Translations under genes and position numbers: made by a program
Notes under the pieces: model-generated
Database searches by the model: none
What the model was told of the DNA's origin: nothing
What the model saw: the letters and a program-made list of their open reading frames with translations, nothing else
Shown: piece after piece, positions 23,473 to 36,431 of the stretch
Position numbering within the stretch: the stretch's first letter is position 1
How the letters are laid out: the number at the start of each line of letters is the position of its first letter
Assembly (NCBI RefSeq): GCF_028641065.1
Contig: NC_073377.1
Coordinates: forward strand, 122,698,001 to 122,762,000
Direction of reading: 5' to 3'
DNA: 64,000 bases
From: Leucoraja erinacea
Lineage: Eukaryota

Positions 23473-23742
23473 TCACCTATTTAATCTTTGAGTAACTGCC
23501 TCTCGATACATTATAGAAATATAGATGAGAAGTAGAAAAATAACAAAAAGGTCATCCAGAAATCCTAGAATTCCAAAGAAAGCCTCGGGAATAAAGTCCA
23601 GTGGAGATACTAAATAGAACAAGGCACCAGCCAGGCAGAGGAAAATTCGTATTCGAAACATCCAGAAAAGCCCGCTGATGGAAAACAATTCTGTGAAGGC
23701 ATGACGAAGTAGTGTGGGCAAATCCATTATTCGATCCATAAG
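23473..23742 (-). CDS. RNF170: RNF170 last coding exon (C-terminal TM region)
   Basis: [16 protein letters not shown]...[10 protein letters not shown]...[44 protein letters not shown]; acceptor cctgcag|. Six exons total 789 nt = 262 aa. Confidence 0.96.
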   Translation of the reverse strand, partial: LMDRIMDLPTLLRHAFTELFSISGLFWMFRIRIFLCLAGALFYLVSPLDFIPEAFFGILGFLDDLFVIFLLLIYISIMYREAVTQRLNR

Positions 23743-25142
23743 CTGCAGGACAAATGTGATTACTTAGTACCATGCAATAATGATTGATTTACAAGAATAT
23801 GTACAAGTCCACAATTGTTTAAAAAAAATGGCATTATAACAGCTCAAAAACAGCAAAATGAATGACTCACTTGAAAGTAAATGTAAGGAGACAATTTTTC
23901 GTTTGTAAATATTACACCATTGAAAGGAATGAAATGACCTGTTTAAAACTGGTTGTGTAAATCAACTCTATTTTTGAATCTATTTGGATGAAATATTTAT
24001 TTTTAAAATAGGTTTTGAATGACCTAGGAACATTCACAGAGTTGAAGCATGCTTTTGAGTTGTAAGGTTTGTTACAACGTTCAATGGATTTTACCAAAGT
24101 AGAATGAGAGGAGAGAACATGGAAAATTATTTTCGGTTAAATCCTTACTATATAGCTCAATTATTTTGGGATAATGGTAAAGGGGCCTCATTATCACTCC
24201 CCACATAATTTTGTAACAACACTGATTAATACCCATTTTGAGGCACCAAGAGAATAAAGTGATCACTGGTGACGCAAAATGCTCGGAAAGATCAAGTTTG
24301 GTTAAGGTGAGGTGCAAAAACCAGAATGGTGGTTGGTGGAAGTCTTATTTCAATCTTTTCAACAAAAAAATCTTTCACATTTGAGGCAGAAGGTTTTTTT
24401 TGTCAGTCTGTTCAGGGACACCACCTTGTAAAGTGAAATAGGGATTCAGCAAATTTCACATCGATTGAAGTAGTAGAAAAAAATCGAAATCTTATAAACA
24501 TAGAAAATAGGTGCAGGAGTAGGATATTCAGCCCTTCGAGCCAGCACCACCATTCAATATGATCATGGCTGATCATCCAGAATCAGTACTCTGTTCCTGC
24601 TTTCTCCCCATATCCCTTGACTTTGTTAACCCTAAGAGCTATAGCTAACTCATTCTTGAATACGTCAACTTCCATGAAGCATATTGTGTTCATTCACATG
24701 GATGAAAAACAAAACAGCTGTATATATGGAAATAAAAATAAACTGCGTGAACTGTAAATTTGAAATAACAGAAAATGATGGAAATACTCAGCATGTTGTA
24801 TGTGGGGGAAAGATAAACAATGTTTTAGGTTACACATCCTTTGTCTGATGAAAGGTCTCTGATCAGAAACAGAGTTAGAGTCATAGAGTACGGAAACAGG
24901 AACTTTATCCGAGCAGGAGTTAGAGTGGGATAATTCTTAAAAACAATATCAGCTGTTCATGCCAACCAGTGAATAATCTATATGATAATACAGGCAAAAC
25001 CGATTGAATTGATTTGTGGAAAAATTGCAATTCCAAGAATGCCCAGGAAAACTCAAAATAGAAGAAATCATTTTAGAACTCAGAATAACTGAAGACCCTT
25101 AAATATGAAGAGAAAATATTATAAAAGTTCCAATGTTTGCGC

Positions 25143-25752
25143 ATAGATACATAGAAAATTGGGGCTGGAATAGGCCATTCGGCCCTTCTAGCCAGCACCG
25201 CCATGCAATGTGATCATGGCTAATCATCCACAATCAGTACCCCGTTCCAGTCTTCTCTCCATATCCCATTATTCCGCTAGCCCTAAGAGCTCTATCAAAC
25301 TTCCTTTTGAATGCATCCAGTGAATCGGCCTCCAATGCCTACTGCGGCATTGAATTCCACAAATTCACAACTCTGGGTGAAAAAGTATTTCATCTCAGTT
25401 CTAAATGGCCCACCCCTTATTCTTAAACAGTGGCCCCTGGTTCTGGACTCCCTCAACATCGTGAACATGTTTCCTGCATCCAGCTTATCCAATCCCTGAA
25501 TAATTTAATATGTTTCTATAAGATTCCCTCATCCTTCTAAATTTCAGTGAATACAAGCCCAGTCGTTCCATTCTTTCATCATGACAGTCACGCCATCCTG
25601 GGAATTAGCCTCGTGAACCTACGCTGTACTCCCTCAATAGCAAGAATGTCCTTCCTCAAAGTAGGAGACTTTGTCTGATGAAAGGTGCAAAGTACTGCAC
25701 ACAATACTCCAGGTGTGGTCTCACCAGGGCCCTGTACAACTGCAGAAGGACC
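25143..25752 (-). mobile_element. CR1/HER1-like LINE 3' fragment
   Basis: Minus-strand ORF2 C-terminus (LDAGNMF..ESRTRGH.LRIRG) and tail. Confidence 0.85.
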
Positions 25753-25756
25753 TGTT

Positions 25757-27025
25757 TATGGATTTATGAAAGGTAAATCATGTCTGAAAAATCTTATAGA
25801 ATTTTTCGAGGATGTAACTAGTAGATTGGATAAGGGAGAACCAGTGGATGTGTTATATCTGGACTTTCAGAAGGCTTTCGACAAGGTCCCACATAAGAGA
25901 TCAGTATACAAACTTAAAGCACACAGTATTTTGGGTTCAGTATTGATGTGGATAAAGAACTGGCTGGCAGACAGGAAGCAAAGAGTAGGAGTAAACGGGT
26001 CCTTTTCAGAATGGCAGGCAGTGACAAGTGGGGTACCGCAAGGCTCAGTGCTGGGATCCCAGCTATTTACAATATATATTGATGATTTGGACGAGGGAAT
26101 TGTATGCAACATCTCAAGGTTTGCGGATGACACGAAGCTGGGGGGCAGTATTAGCTGTGAGGAGGATGCTAGGAGGCTGCAAGGTGACTTGGATAGGCTG
26201 GGTGAGTGGGCAAATGCATTGCAGATGCAGTATAATGTGGATAAATGTGACGTTATCCACTTTGGTGGCAAAAACAGAAAAGTTATTATTATCTGAATGG
26301 TGGCCGATTAGCAAAAGGGGAGATGCAACGAGACCTGGGTGTCATGGCACACCAGTCATTGAAAGAAGGCATGCAGGCAGTTTAGAAAGGGAATGGTATG
26401 TTAGCATTCATAGCAAACAGATTTGAGTATAGGAGCAGGGAGGTTCTACTGAAGTTGTACAGGGTCTTGGTGAGACCACACCTGGAGTATTGCGTACAGT
26501 TTTGGTCTCCTAATCTGAGTAAATACATTCTTGCCATAGAGGGAGTACAGAGAAGGTTCACCAGACTGATTCCTGGGATGTCAGGACTTTCATATGAAGA
26601 ACGACTTGATAGACTCGGCTTGTACTCGCTAGAATTTAGAAGATTGAGGCGGGATCTTTTAGAAGCTTACAAAATTCTTAAGGGGTTGGACAGGCTAAAT
26701 GCAGGAAGATTGTTCCCGATGTTGGGGAAGTCCAGAACAAGGGGGTCACAGTTTAAGGATAAGGCGGAAATCTTTTAGGACCGAGATGAGAAAAACATTT
26801 TTCACACAGAGAGTGGTGAATCTCTGGAATTCTCTGCCACAGAAGGTAGTTGAGGCCAGTTCATTGGCTATATTTAAGAGAGATTTAGATGTGGCTAAAG
26901 GGATTAGGGGTTATGGAGAGAAGGCAGGTACAGGATACTGAGTGGATGATCAGCCATGACCATATTGGATGGCGGTGCAGGCTCGAAGGGCCGAATGGCC
27001 TACCCCTGCACCTATTTTCTATGTT
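25757..27025 (+). mobile_element. CR1/HER1-like LINE, RT domain to 3' end, frameshifted
   Basis: GFMKGKSCL.NL, YLDFQKAFDKVPH, GVPQGSVLG, FADDTKL, LVRPHLEYCVQFWSP; tail CCTATTTTCTATGTTT. Confidence 0.93.
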
Positions 27026-27277
27026 TACTCCTATACTCAAATCCTCTCGTTATGAGGGCCAACTTTCCATTAGCTTTGGAAGGCAAAGCTAGACTTCAGA
27101 ATAGGGGAGATTAACAACTATTTGAATTAACTATGTTACTTAAGACATGGAAAAAGTCTTGAGTGTAAAATATTCATCCAAAATTAAAGTGTGAAATATT
27201 GCTAACAAACATTTCTTTCCTAGTTATGTTGACATGCATTAGTTTCTCATTATGCTTTACATCACAGGCATACTTAC

Positions 27278-27388
27278 AGATCTGGGCTGGCCAGAAAATC
27301 TTCTGTTATAATCATTTACATCTTGAATAACTTGTATAGACTCTGGGTGTTGCTCATTCAGTGTGAACAATGGAAACAACAAGGTAAT
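27278..27388 (-). CDS. RNF170: RNF170 coding exon 5
   Basis: ITLLFPLFTLNEQHPESIQVIQDVNDYNRRFSGQPRS; aaacag| ... TCT|gtaag; 111 nt. Confidence 0.95.
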
Positions 27389-29789
27389 CTGTTTACAAGA
27401 TAATTAAAATAAAGAGTGACATTTTCCTTGTATATAATCAAAGCATGCATTGCAATCAATCTATTAATTTGTCATTAACATTTATTTAAAACTCAAATTT
27501 TGCCCTTGTGACACAATGTTTTGAAAATCCCAAGTTATAGTGTTGTTCACAATCATATGAATTAACTACATTGATTGTGATGGGACATTTTAAATTATCA
27601 ATGTTTCAAATAAAACAAAACCCTGGTCATACGTGTACCTAACAGACAAAGTTCAGAACTTCCAAGGGGCCATTTGATTGACTCTGGCTAAACATGGATC
27701 TGGGGGTTATAGAGCAAGATTATTGGAGATAGCAAATTATGCATTGCATCCACAGAGGTAATCGAGGGTCAGCTACCAAGGATCTGCTAGTAATAGCAAA
27801 CATACAGTTTGCAACAAAAAATGACCAAATGTCTCCCTCAATTTAACTTTTATTCTTCAGAACTGCCAGGCAGTCAGTTGGACTGGACCCTCTGATATAC
27901 TACACATTACTGATTAAAAAAGATGCAAATATAAATATATTTGGCCAATTCCCAAGTCATCCAATTAAAATTTTCGAAGTGGCAGGCAGGAAAATGCAGG
28001 CAAACATTCAAGTCATTGGTAGAGTGCATTAATGCAATAGTGCCACATGAAGCAGCTATATTTAGCACTATTAAGATACACCAAGCAATTTGAGACATTT
28101 ACATAGCCTTACTAATAAGTATGAGCAATTTAAATTCCAAAATCTGATGAATTTTGAAAATTAATATTTTTGATACTAGTCTGGTATTTTATCAGTGTTT
28201 TAATATGTATACAAACATTAGGTCTTAGTGATTAACTATACAAAAAATTGTATTGACAAGGATAATAATATTAACCTAAAACCACAAAATTGGCACAAAT
28301 AACCTGTGAATAACACAGGGTATAGATTTGTATAATGACAAAGACATAATTTGTAGTAATAGCACAAACCAAATGGCATAACCAGTAAATATTAGAGCCA
28401 AATAGAATAATGCAGATATGAACTGAGAATATTGGAGACAAATTGTTTAAATACTTTAGATGTTATCTCCAAATAAATATATAAACGTTTTAAATAATTT
28501 GTAACCTGTATGAATTAAAGAAAAAATCAACATGGAAATTTGAAACAAAAAAAATGTTGATAATAAATGGTGATTCATTATGAGTGAAGTGCAAGGACAT
28601 GTTATAATATTTCAGGTGGGTCTCAAGTTCTGCAAATACTGGTAAATACAAATTAACTTTAACAGTATACATTGATTGTTGTTATAAACAGAGAAGCAAT
28701 TCAAAGGATTATGACAGAAAAGTCAGATTGGGAATGGGAGGAGGACTTAAAGTGCTAAGCAACCGGGAGATGTTAGGACATGGCCAGCAGAGATTTTAAG
28801 GAACTTGTTTATGCACATAAAATGAGGAAATCCAGCATGAGAATATTTGAGTCTAGCAATAAAAAGACACGGATAACTGTATCAGCAAAAGAGCCAAATA
28901 ATTAGGTGACATTGCAGAGTTCCTTAGTCTTGGCATAGATTTGAGGAACTATACATAACTTGGGATCAAATTTGACACTTGACCATCTGGTTTAATTTTA
29001 AAGTTCCCTTGAAGGATGGAGTTTATGATGATGGCAAAAGATTAATAATATATCCAATGCCCTAAGATGACAGAATATATCCAATGCCAAATGATAGAAG
29101 TATATAAAATATGAGATGCGTTGCTGGGTAAACAGAACAGTTTTCCCCATGGTAGAAATGGCAAAGACTCGAGGGGTAGAGACTTCAAGCTGAGAGGGGC
29201 AAAGTTTAAAAGAGATGTGTGGGCCAAGTTTTTATTTTACAGGGTGGTGGGTGCCTGTAATGAGCTGCCTGGGGTGGAGGCAGATACAATAGTGGCGTTT
29301 TAGAGGCTTTGAGGGAAATGCATCTTGTGCAAGTACATGAGATTAGTTTATCTTGGCATCATGTTTGGAATAGACAAAAAATGTTTTTTTTTGGTTCCAA
29401 GATTCCAGCAATCTTTTGTGTTTCCAGTGTTCCAATGGAAGGGGTACTGAAAACTTAATAGTGGACGACGAGATGGCAGATAAATTAAAGTTATTTTGCA
29501 CGAATCTTCTCTACAGAGGATATAATCCCAGAAATAGCTGAAAATTGAGAGTTTGGAGGGAGGTATTCAGGAAAATGACAAATAGTAGCAAAGTAATATT
29601 GAATAAACCACGGGAACTTGTGCTGCCTATTTTTATGTCCCGATGGACTTCAGCCCGTGGTTTTAAAATGAGAGGTGGTTGAATTTTCCAAAATTCCTAG
29701 ATTTGAGTAGGTTTGAAAATGCAGTGTAACTCTTTGTTCAAAACGGGGAGATGAAAGCATGAAATGTCATGCTTAACATCTATCATATA

Positions 29790-30348
29790 TCTCTACACCT
29801 ATAAAAGTCTCTTGTGTGCGTCCCTGTGTGTATGTGTCCGTGTTTGTTTTGTAACTTCCTAAAAACGCTATGCGCTAGTGTTTTAATTTTTACATATTCT
29901 AACTCACATTTTTCCTGTCTACGCTGTACTCGGGTTCACTTACGATTTCATCCTATATTTCAGAAGTTATCGATGAATAAAGTTTAAAAAATAAGTAAAA
30001 AAACGGTTCTCACAGACGGCCCTTTTTCCAGAAGCTTCAAGTGATGTCACAATGCCTCTCACAGTGCACCAATCACAATGGGCTCTCAAGCTGGCTGCCG
30101 ACTGCCCCAATAACATCACAATGGGACGTTGCCAACGGTAAAGAGGTTGCTGCGTCTCTTCCAATATCTGAAGGGGCTGCTCATCAAGTTCTGGTTGCAT
30201 TTTGGTCCCATGATCCTGGTGTTTGGGCACAAGGCCGGTAGTGGGGAAGGCCGATCGGGGGGTGGGATCTCGGCTTGCTTCACATTTCATGCTACATTTC
30301 ATGCTATATTCCCCCCCCCCCCCCCCCCCCAGGTCCCACTTGGCCTAG
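29790..30348 (+). mobile_element. Non-autonomous Helitron-like element
   Basis: A|TCTCTACACCTATAAAAG ... GGTCCCACTTGGCCTAG|T; no TSD. Confidence 0.6.
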
Positions 30349-30384
30349 TAGAATATAAAAGGCAACCATAAGATTCAATTTGAT

Positions 30385-30638
30385 TTAGTTTAGAGATACA
30401 GCATGGAAACAGGTCCTTCAGTCCACCGTCCACACCGAACATCGACCTCCAGTTGACAATAGTTCTATGTCACAATACTTTTCCATCCACTCCCTACACT
30501 TTTTACAGATACCAGTTAATCTATATATCTGCACGATTGTGGTACGCGCAAACTCCAAACAGATAGCACCCAAGGTCAGGATCAAACCCGTGTTTCTGGC
30601 GCTGTGTGGCAGCAGCTCTATCAGTTGTGCCACTGTGC
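30385..30638 (-). mobile_element. V-SINE/HE1-like SINE
   Basis: Minus strand has an A/B-box-like head (GCACAGTGGCACAACTGATAGAGCTGCTGCC..GGTTTGATCCTGACC) and a CR1-type tail. Confidence 0.7.
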
Positions 30639-30717
30639 TGCTTTTTAAAAATTAAAAACAGGTTTTCAAATGAGGAGCAATATTTTCATAGATGTGAGGG
30701 AGCAGAGAATGATGATT

Positions 30718-30977
30718 ATACGGTGGCACAGTGGCGCTGTGATAGAGTTGCTGCCTTACATCGCCAGAAACCCAGGTTTGATCCCGACTACAGGAGCTTT
30801 TTGTATGTTCTCCCTGTGACCACATGAGTTTCCTCCCACATTCCAGAGATGTGCAAGTTTGCCGGTTAACCGATTTCTGTAAATTGTCCCTTGTATGCAG
30901 AATAGAGCTACTGTATTGGTGATTGCTGGTCAGCACGGGCTCAGTGAGCTGAAGGGCCTGTTCCCACACTGTATCTC
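30718..30977 (+). mobile_element. V-SINE/HE1-like SINE
   Basis: Head GGCACAGTGGCGC..GATAGAGTTGCTGCC..GGTTTGATCCCG, core TTCTCCCTGTGACC, tail GAAGGGCCTGTT. Confidence 0.75.
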
Positions 30978-31044
30978 AGAAAAACTGAAAATAGAACGAG
31001 CTGCCACAGGAAGTGACAGAAGCAGGTCCAATTAGGTGGGTTAG

Positions 31045-31840
31045 TGGTGGCGCCTAACGGCAGCGGCTCGACTACAGTCATCAGTCTTTTTTTATTTTTG
31101 TCTTGTTAAATGTATGTCTTGAGTTAGTTTTTATTATTTTTTTTAGCTGTGTATATGTGGGGGGGCTGTGGGGGAAACCGTTTTAAATCTCTTCCCTGTG
31201 TGGGGACCAGACTATTCCCTGTCGGGTCTCGGATGTCGTTGGGCCTAACATCGTGGAGCCGGCGGCGACCTCCGGCCAGGACTAACCTGAGGGCTCCAGT
31301 TGCAGAGCCTGCGGAACTGACATCGCGGAGCTGGCCAACTTCGGAGCAGGAAGAACTGTGGTGGCGCGCGGCTGTGACCCGACTTTTGGAGTTCGGAGGC
31401 ACCGGCCGCAGACCCAGTGGACGGGAACATCGGGAGCTCGCAGGTCCCTGGTGGGAGACCGCTTTTCCGAGCTCCGCAACGGCGACTTCTCCCGCTGGAA
31501 TCGCAGGTTTAAGGACATGGAGCCGGGGCCTAACATCGCCCGGCGTGGCTTAAACGGCCTCAGGACTTACCATCGCCCGCCGGGGGCTTTAACATCGGAG
31601 CCCCAGTTCGCCTCGACACTGCAGTTGGACTACTGAACCACGGGAGAAGGAACAAAGGGAAGACTTTGCCTTCCATCTCAGTGAGGAGATGTTGGAGACT
31701 CACTGTGATGGATGTTTATGTAAACTGTGTTAAGTGTGGGTCTTGGATTGTTTTGTAATGTAAAAAACTGTAGAAATTATATTTCGTTCAAACCTAGGTT
31801 TGAATGACAATAAATTGCATTCTATTCTATTCTATTCTAA
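31045..31840 (+). mobile_element. GC-rich non-coding retroelement with (ATTCT)n tail
   Basis: Starts GTGGTGGCGCC and ends TGACAATAAATTGC(ATTCT)4. Related to 1356-1816 and 14988-15757. Confidence 0.65.
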
Positions 31841-32106
31841 TTAGTGTTTAAAAAGCATTTAAACAGGTACTTGGATAGGAAAGGCTTAAAATGAAATAAG
31901 CCTAATGCAGAAAAGTAGGATTAGTGTTGATAAGCATCAGTCACCAAGGATGAGTTGTACTGTATTCTCCATGATTCCAAGATGGCATATACATGGCACT
32001 TAGAAAGGTTCATTGTATTCAAACATAGTTTTGTGAAAGGATGTGACCACTTAATAATAGTATTTGAAGTAGTAAAATGAGCTACTAATAAATGGATGTA
32101 TTGTAA

Positions 32107-33051
32107 TCTATATTACTAAAAGTCTGATCTTGACCGCTTTTGGCCCACTGTGCTGCAATTTCCGAGAGAACGCTGCCACCTACGGCCGTCATTTTTGGCC
32201 ACATCGCTCAGAGCCCACGTCTCCCTAACTGGACCAGAGGATTTTTCTCATCGATGACAAATCAGAGAGATATTAATGTTTCTAAAAAAGAAAATCACCA
32301 TTCTCTCTGCTGCCCCTGCTGGAGGGAGGGGGAGGGACTTTAAAACCAGGAAGTGGTGTACTTCGCTCGGTCTCTGCAATATGGAGGTCACGTCTCTCTG
32401 AGCTCTGAATAACACTGAACACATGTCTACTCAACTGTGAGTGCACTTAATGTGGTTTGAAAATGAAAATATGGTTGGTTTGAAGTAAAAAGGCACTGCC
32501 TGCAAATGATTGTTTGGGGGGGGTTTGGGTTGATGTAAAAAGGCACTCTCTCTCTCCCCTCCTCTCTCTCCCCTCCTCTCTCTCTCTCTCCCTCCTCTCT
32601 CTCTCTATCTCCCCCCTCTCCCCCCTATTCCCCCCCCTCTCTCTCTCTCCCCTCTTTCTCTCCCTCTCTCCCCTCTTCCCCCACCCTTCCCCCCTCCTTC
32701 ACCACCCCCCTTCTCCCCCCCCCCCCCCCCCCCCCCCTTTTTTCCTCCCCCCTGGTCCCCGCCCCCCTATCTTTCCCTTCCCCCTCCCCTCCCCCCCTCC
32801 CCCTCTACCCCCGCCCCCCCCCCCCCTTCTAGATGTGACTGCAAGTTGGGGGCTATGCATCAGTAGATAGGGTGGTTATGGGGTGAAAGGAGCAAATTAA
32901 TAATATTAATGTTGTTATATCAAGGGGGGTAATTAGCATATGTGTGGGGGGGGGAGGGGGAGATAGTTAGTGTGTGTGATGCTGCATGCCGCCTCCCCCC
33001 CCACGACCTCACGTTGGGGGAACAGACCCAACGGGTCTGCACTTGGTCTAG
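32107..33051 (+). mobile_element. Non-autonomous Helitron
   Basis: A|TCTATATTACTAAAAG start, subterminal hairpin CAGACCC-AAC-GGGTCTG (33023-33039), end CTAG|T. No TSD. Internal CT/C microsatellite. Confidence 0.8.
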
Positions 33052-33059
33052 TTAAGTCA

Positions 33060-33770
33060 TAAGGTCCTGCATTAAATGTCACCGTGAAAAATTAAAGTTC
33101 ATGGTGTAGTCACAACATACTGGATTGGGCTAACAGGAAATGCAGTAGGTGCAAAATGGTCTTTTCTCGGGTTGGTCAGATGTAATGAGTGATGTGACAC
33201 AGGGATCGGTGCAGGAGCATCAACATTTTGTAGTTTTTGTAGAAGGTACTGAAAGCATGTTTACCAAATTTCCTAATACCATGAAGGTTAGGAATGTAAG
33301 TTGTGAAGAGGGAAAAAGGAGGAATCAATAAGATCTGAATAGGTTACGAGTGGCAAAAGATCTGGAAAATAGCGTCTAATGTGGGAATTATGAAAATGTC
33401 CATTTTGTCAGGTAAAATAATAATGATCAAAATATTGAGGATTACACACTGACATGCAGTGAGATCTGGTTGTCCTGATGCATGATTTACACAAGGATAG
33501 CATGCACATACAACACTATTAGGAAAGTTCAAAGTCTATTATCACATTGCTCTCTGAGTTTTTTCCCCTCTGAGAGTTATGAAAGGGTACTTCAAAGAAT
33601 AGTGAAAATAGTTTTGAATATTTTTAAGGCAGAAATGGGTAAATTCTTGATATTCAATGGATTGAAAGGTTATTGAAAATGTAGGGAATGTGCAATTGAG
33701 GTTACAACCAGTTCATTCATAGAGTGTAAACTGGAGGGGTCAAGAGACTTACTCCCATTTCTAATTTGTA
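33060..33770 (+). mobile_element. Old CR1-type LINE remnant
   Basis: Decayed SGWSDVMSDVTQGSV / KFPNTMKV (RT) and a CR1-like tail. Confidence 0.6.
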
Positions 33771-35504
33771 CTAATCTAATGTTTGAAATAGAATGAAAAA
33801 TGCTTTCTTGTTTCTTATCTATGATAATTCTTCATTCCAACCAGATGGATCGGTTTTCTTTGAGGTCGGAAGTAAGTAGCTTTGCCATTGGCTGTACAAA
33901 ATGGGCCATTGAATAAACACTTTTCAGACACTGATTAACAAAGTTTTGTCTCAAAAAGACAAATGAAGTTTGCCCGTCAGAAAATGGAACATATGCCAAT
34001 TTAGCCAAATATTTGAGTTCAAGACCAATTCTCACCCACAGTGACTCAGTTGCTTTATTAAGCACTTCACCTCAAAGCTGAATCGGGTGCAATGAAAACT
34101 TTAATGAAATAAATTTTAACTTCCCGAGTGCATGTACAATTTATAAATATTCAAATTGTTCAACACAACTTAACATGCATGCAGGCCATTTACTAATTTA
34201 TTATTTTCCCCAATAACCATCAATATTTTTCAGTATACTTGGCTTAAAATTCCAAGGGAGACTTGGGAAGCTCCTGGCCACTTTGTCAGCACCTTCCATG
34301 TAGCGACTCTTTGCAAACTTGTGTATACAAAACAAAGAATCTTACTGTGACATGTCTGTGACATGAGTATCGTTAATTCATTCATTTGTTGGAAAACATC
34401 AACGCTATGAAAAGCCTTTGGGTTATTCACCGCAGGGTGAAGGAATATGGTGACGTTGATGGGCTAAAATTGGAGAATACAATATCCTGACCCACTGAGT
34501 TACTTCAGCACTTTGTCTTTTCTTGCACATCAGCATTTGCAGTTCCTTCTGTCTCCAATGAAGTTCAGCAAGTCATCTTGCATGGGAGAAAGATCCAAAA
34601 CTTCTAATTCAATCAAGACGTCACTTTATAACTGATATTTTCAGAGATGCTTTATGTGTTGCTTTTAGTTTTGGAACACATTGGTTGAATAAAATGAAAT
34701 GACTATCTGAGTTATTTAAAAATAAACAAAATTCAGTTGAATTAACATAACTAGTTCAACACTGGTGTGTGGTGGAAGTATATACAATAGTGGAGTTTAA
34801 CAGAGATTTTAGCAGGTATATGAATATGCAGTGATTCGAGGATTATATGGATCAAGAGCAGGCAGAAGAGTTAAGCTTAATTTGGCATTGTGTTCAACAC
34901 AGATATTGTGCGTCAAAGGACCTATTCCTGTGCTGTACTGTTTAATGTAACACAATTTTAATGGGAGCAAGTCCTGTAAATTTCCTTTACAGATTAGTAG
35001 ACAGTGGAATGTTAACAGTTTGAAAAAGAACAGACAGTTACGAGGAAAATTCAATACCTTAGTAGGCCACGGGTAATGCAAGATTCATCTCTGCATCCAA
35101 TTCCTTACAACTCCTAATAAAACTTAAGGACTTCATTGACTAGCACAAGGGTGTCTATCCCTATCATCCTTTAGATGACAATAATATTGATTTTAACACT
35201 CTGACACTATAAATAAAAGATATCCATAAATAAATTTTGCCATTTCATCAATCACCTTCTCTTCAAAGTTCATCTACATGTACTGATGATCACCGTGTTT
35301 TCATCAATCTGCAACTACTCAGATAACAAGAAAGTCTGTGACAACATACAGCAAGATCTGGGCAACATTTAGAGTTGGGATTACAAAAATCTCAGTACTC
35401 TCCAGCAAACACAGGCTGTTATGGTTCAATAAGGCTGCTCACCAGCATTTTCTCAAAATCATTTACAGATAGAAATAAATGCTTATCTTGGCAATGACAT
35501 TTTC

Positions 35505-36388
35505 GGTACCCGGACGTGGCGCCGACGGACGAGAAGCCGAAGCAAAGAACCCAAATAACCGAATGGAAACAAAGCCGAAATGCCAAATAACCATATGGAA
35601 ACAAAGCCGAAACACCAACTAACTGAAAGGGTGGGACGCCTAAATGAAAACCAACCGAAAGGGCGGGGCACCTAAAAGCCAACTAATCGAAAGGCTGCGC
35701 CACCTAAAAGCAAATTCACCGAATGGCCGCTCTGCTGAAATGCCACCTACCCGAAAGGCGGCGTTGCCTACAAGCCAACGAACCGAATGCCGCTCAACTG
35801 AAATGTCAAATAACGGACATGACATTGCCGGTGGGCGGGACTTGTCAGCGATTGGTCCAGACCCCCACGTCCATCACATCACTGTGGAGGGATGAACATT
35901 GTCCCACACCTCCACTCCACCCGACCGACAGCCCGCGGAGGGTGGCCGTGGGAAAGAGGGGGCTGCCCCGAGGGATGCGCAGCTTCGGCCGGTTACAACT
36001 TGGTGCTTGGGTTCAGGTTGCCCAGTCACCTATGGCTTGTGTGGGGAAAATGACTCCCAACCTCCCACCGGTGGAGACAATGCACCCCCATCGGACCACA
36101 ACCCCCACACCAGGGCGATTTCCCCCCGACCCCTGACACTCACACCTGGGGATTCACCCCCACCCCGGCCGCGTGGATAGAAGACTCGTGGTATAGTAAA
36201 TCGCTTTTAAAACACACACACATTCCCCAGCGGGTCGATAACAAGTGTGCATGACAACTAACAATTTATCTCCCCCCCCCCCCCGAGGGTTGCGCTCCTT
36301 AGGCCGCTTACAACTTGGTGCTCAGGTTCAGATTGCCCAGTCCCAATATTTTAAAAGCGATTTACAATGCCCCGAGCTGTCTGTCCCT

Positions 36389-36431
<43 letters not shown>

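Noticed and set aside
30718-30800. tRNA gene
   Set aside because: The A/B-box-like sequence is the decayed head of a V-SINE and has no complete cloverleaf.
35540-35800. CRISPR-like periodic repeats (also the 23-bp array at 41860-42180)
   Set aside because: Eukaryotic context, degenerate tandem units without unique spacers, and no cas genes. These are transposon subrepeats or a minisatellite.
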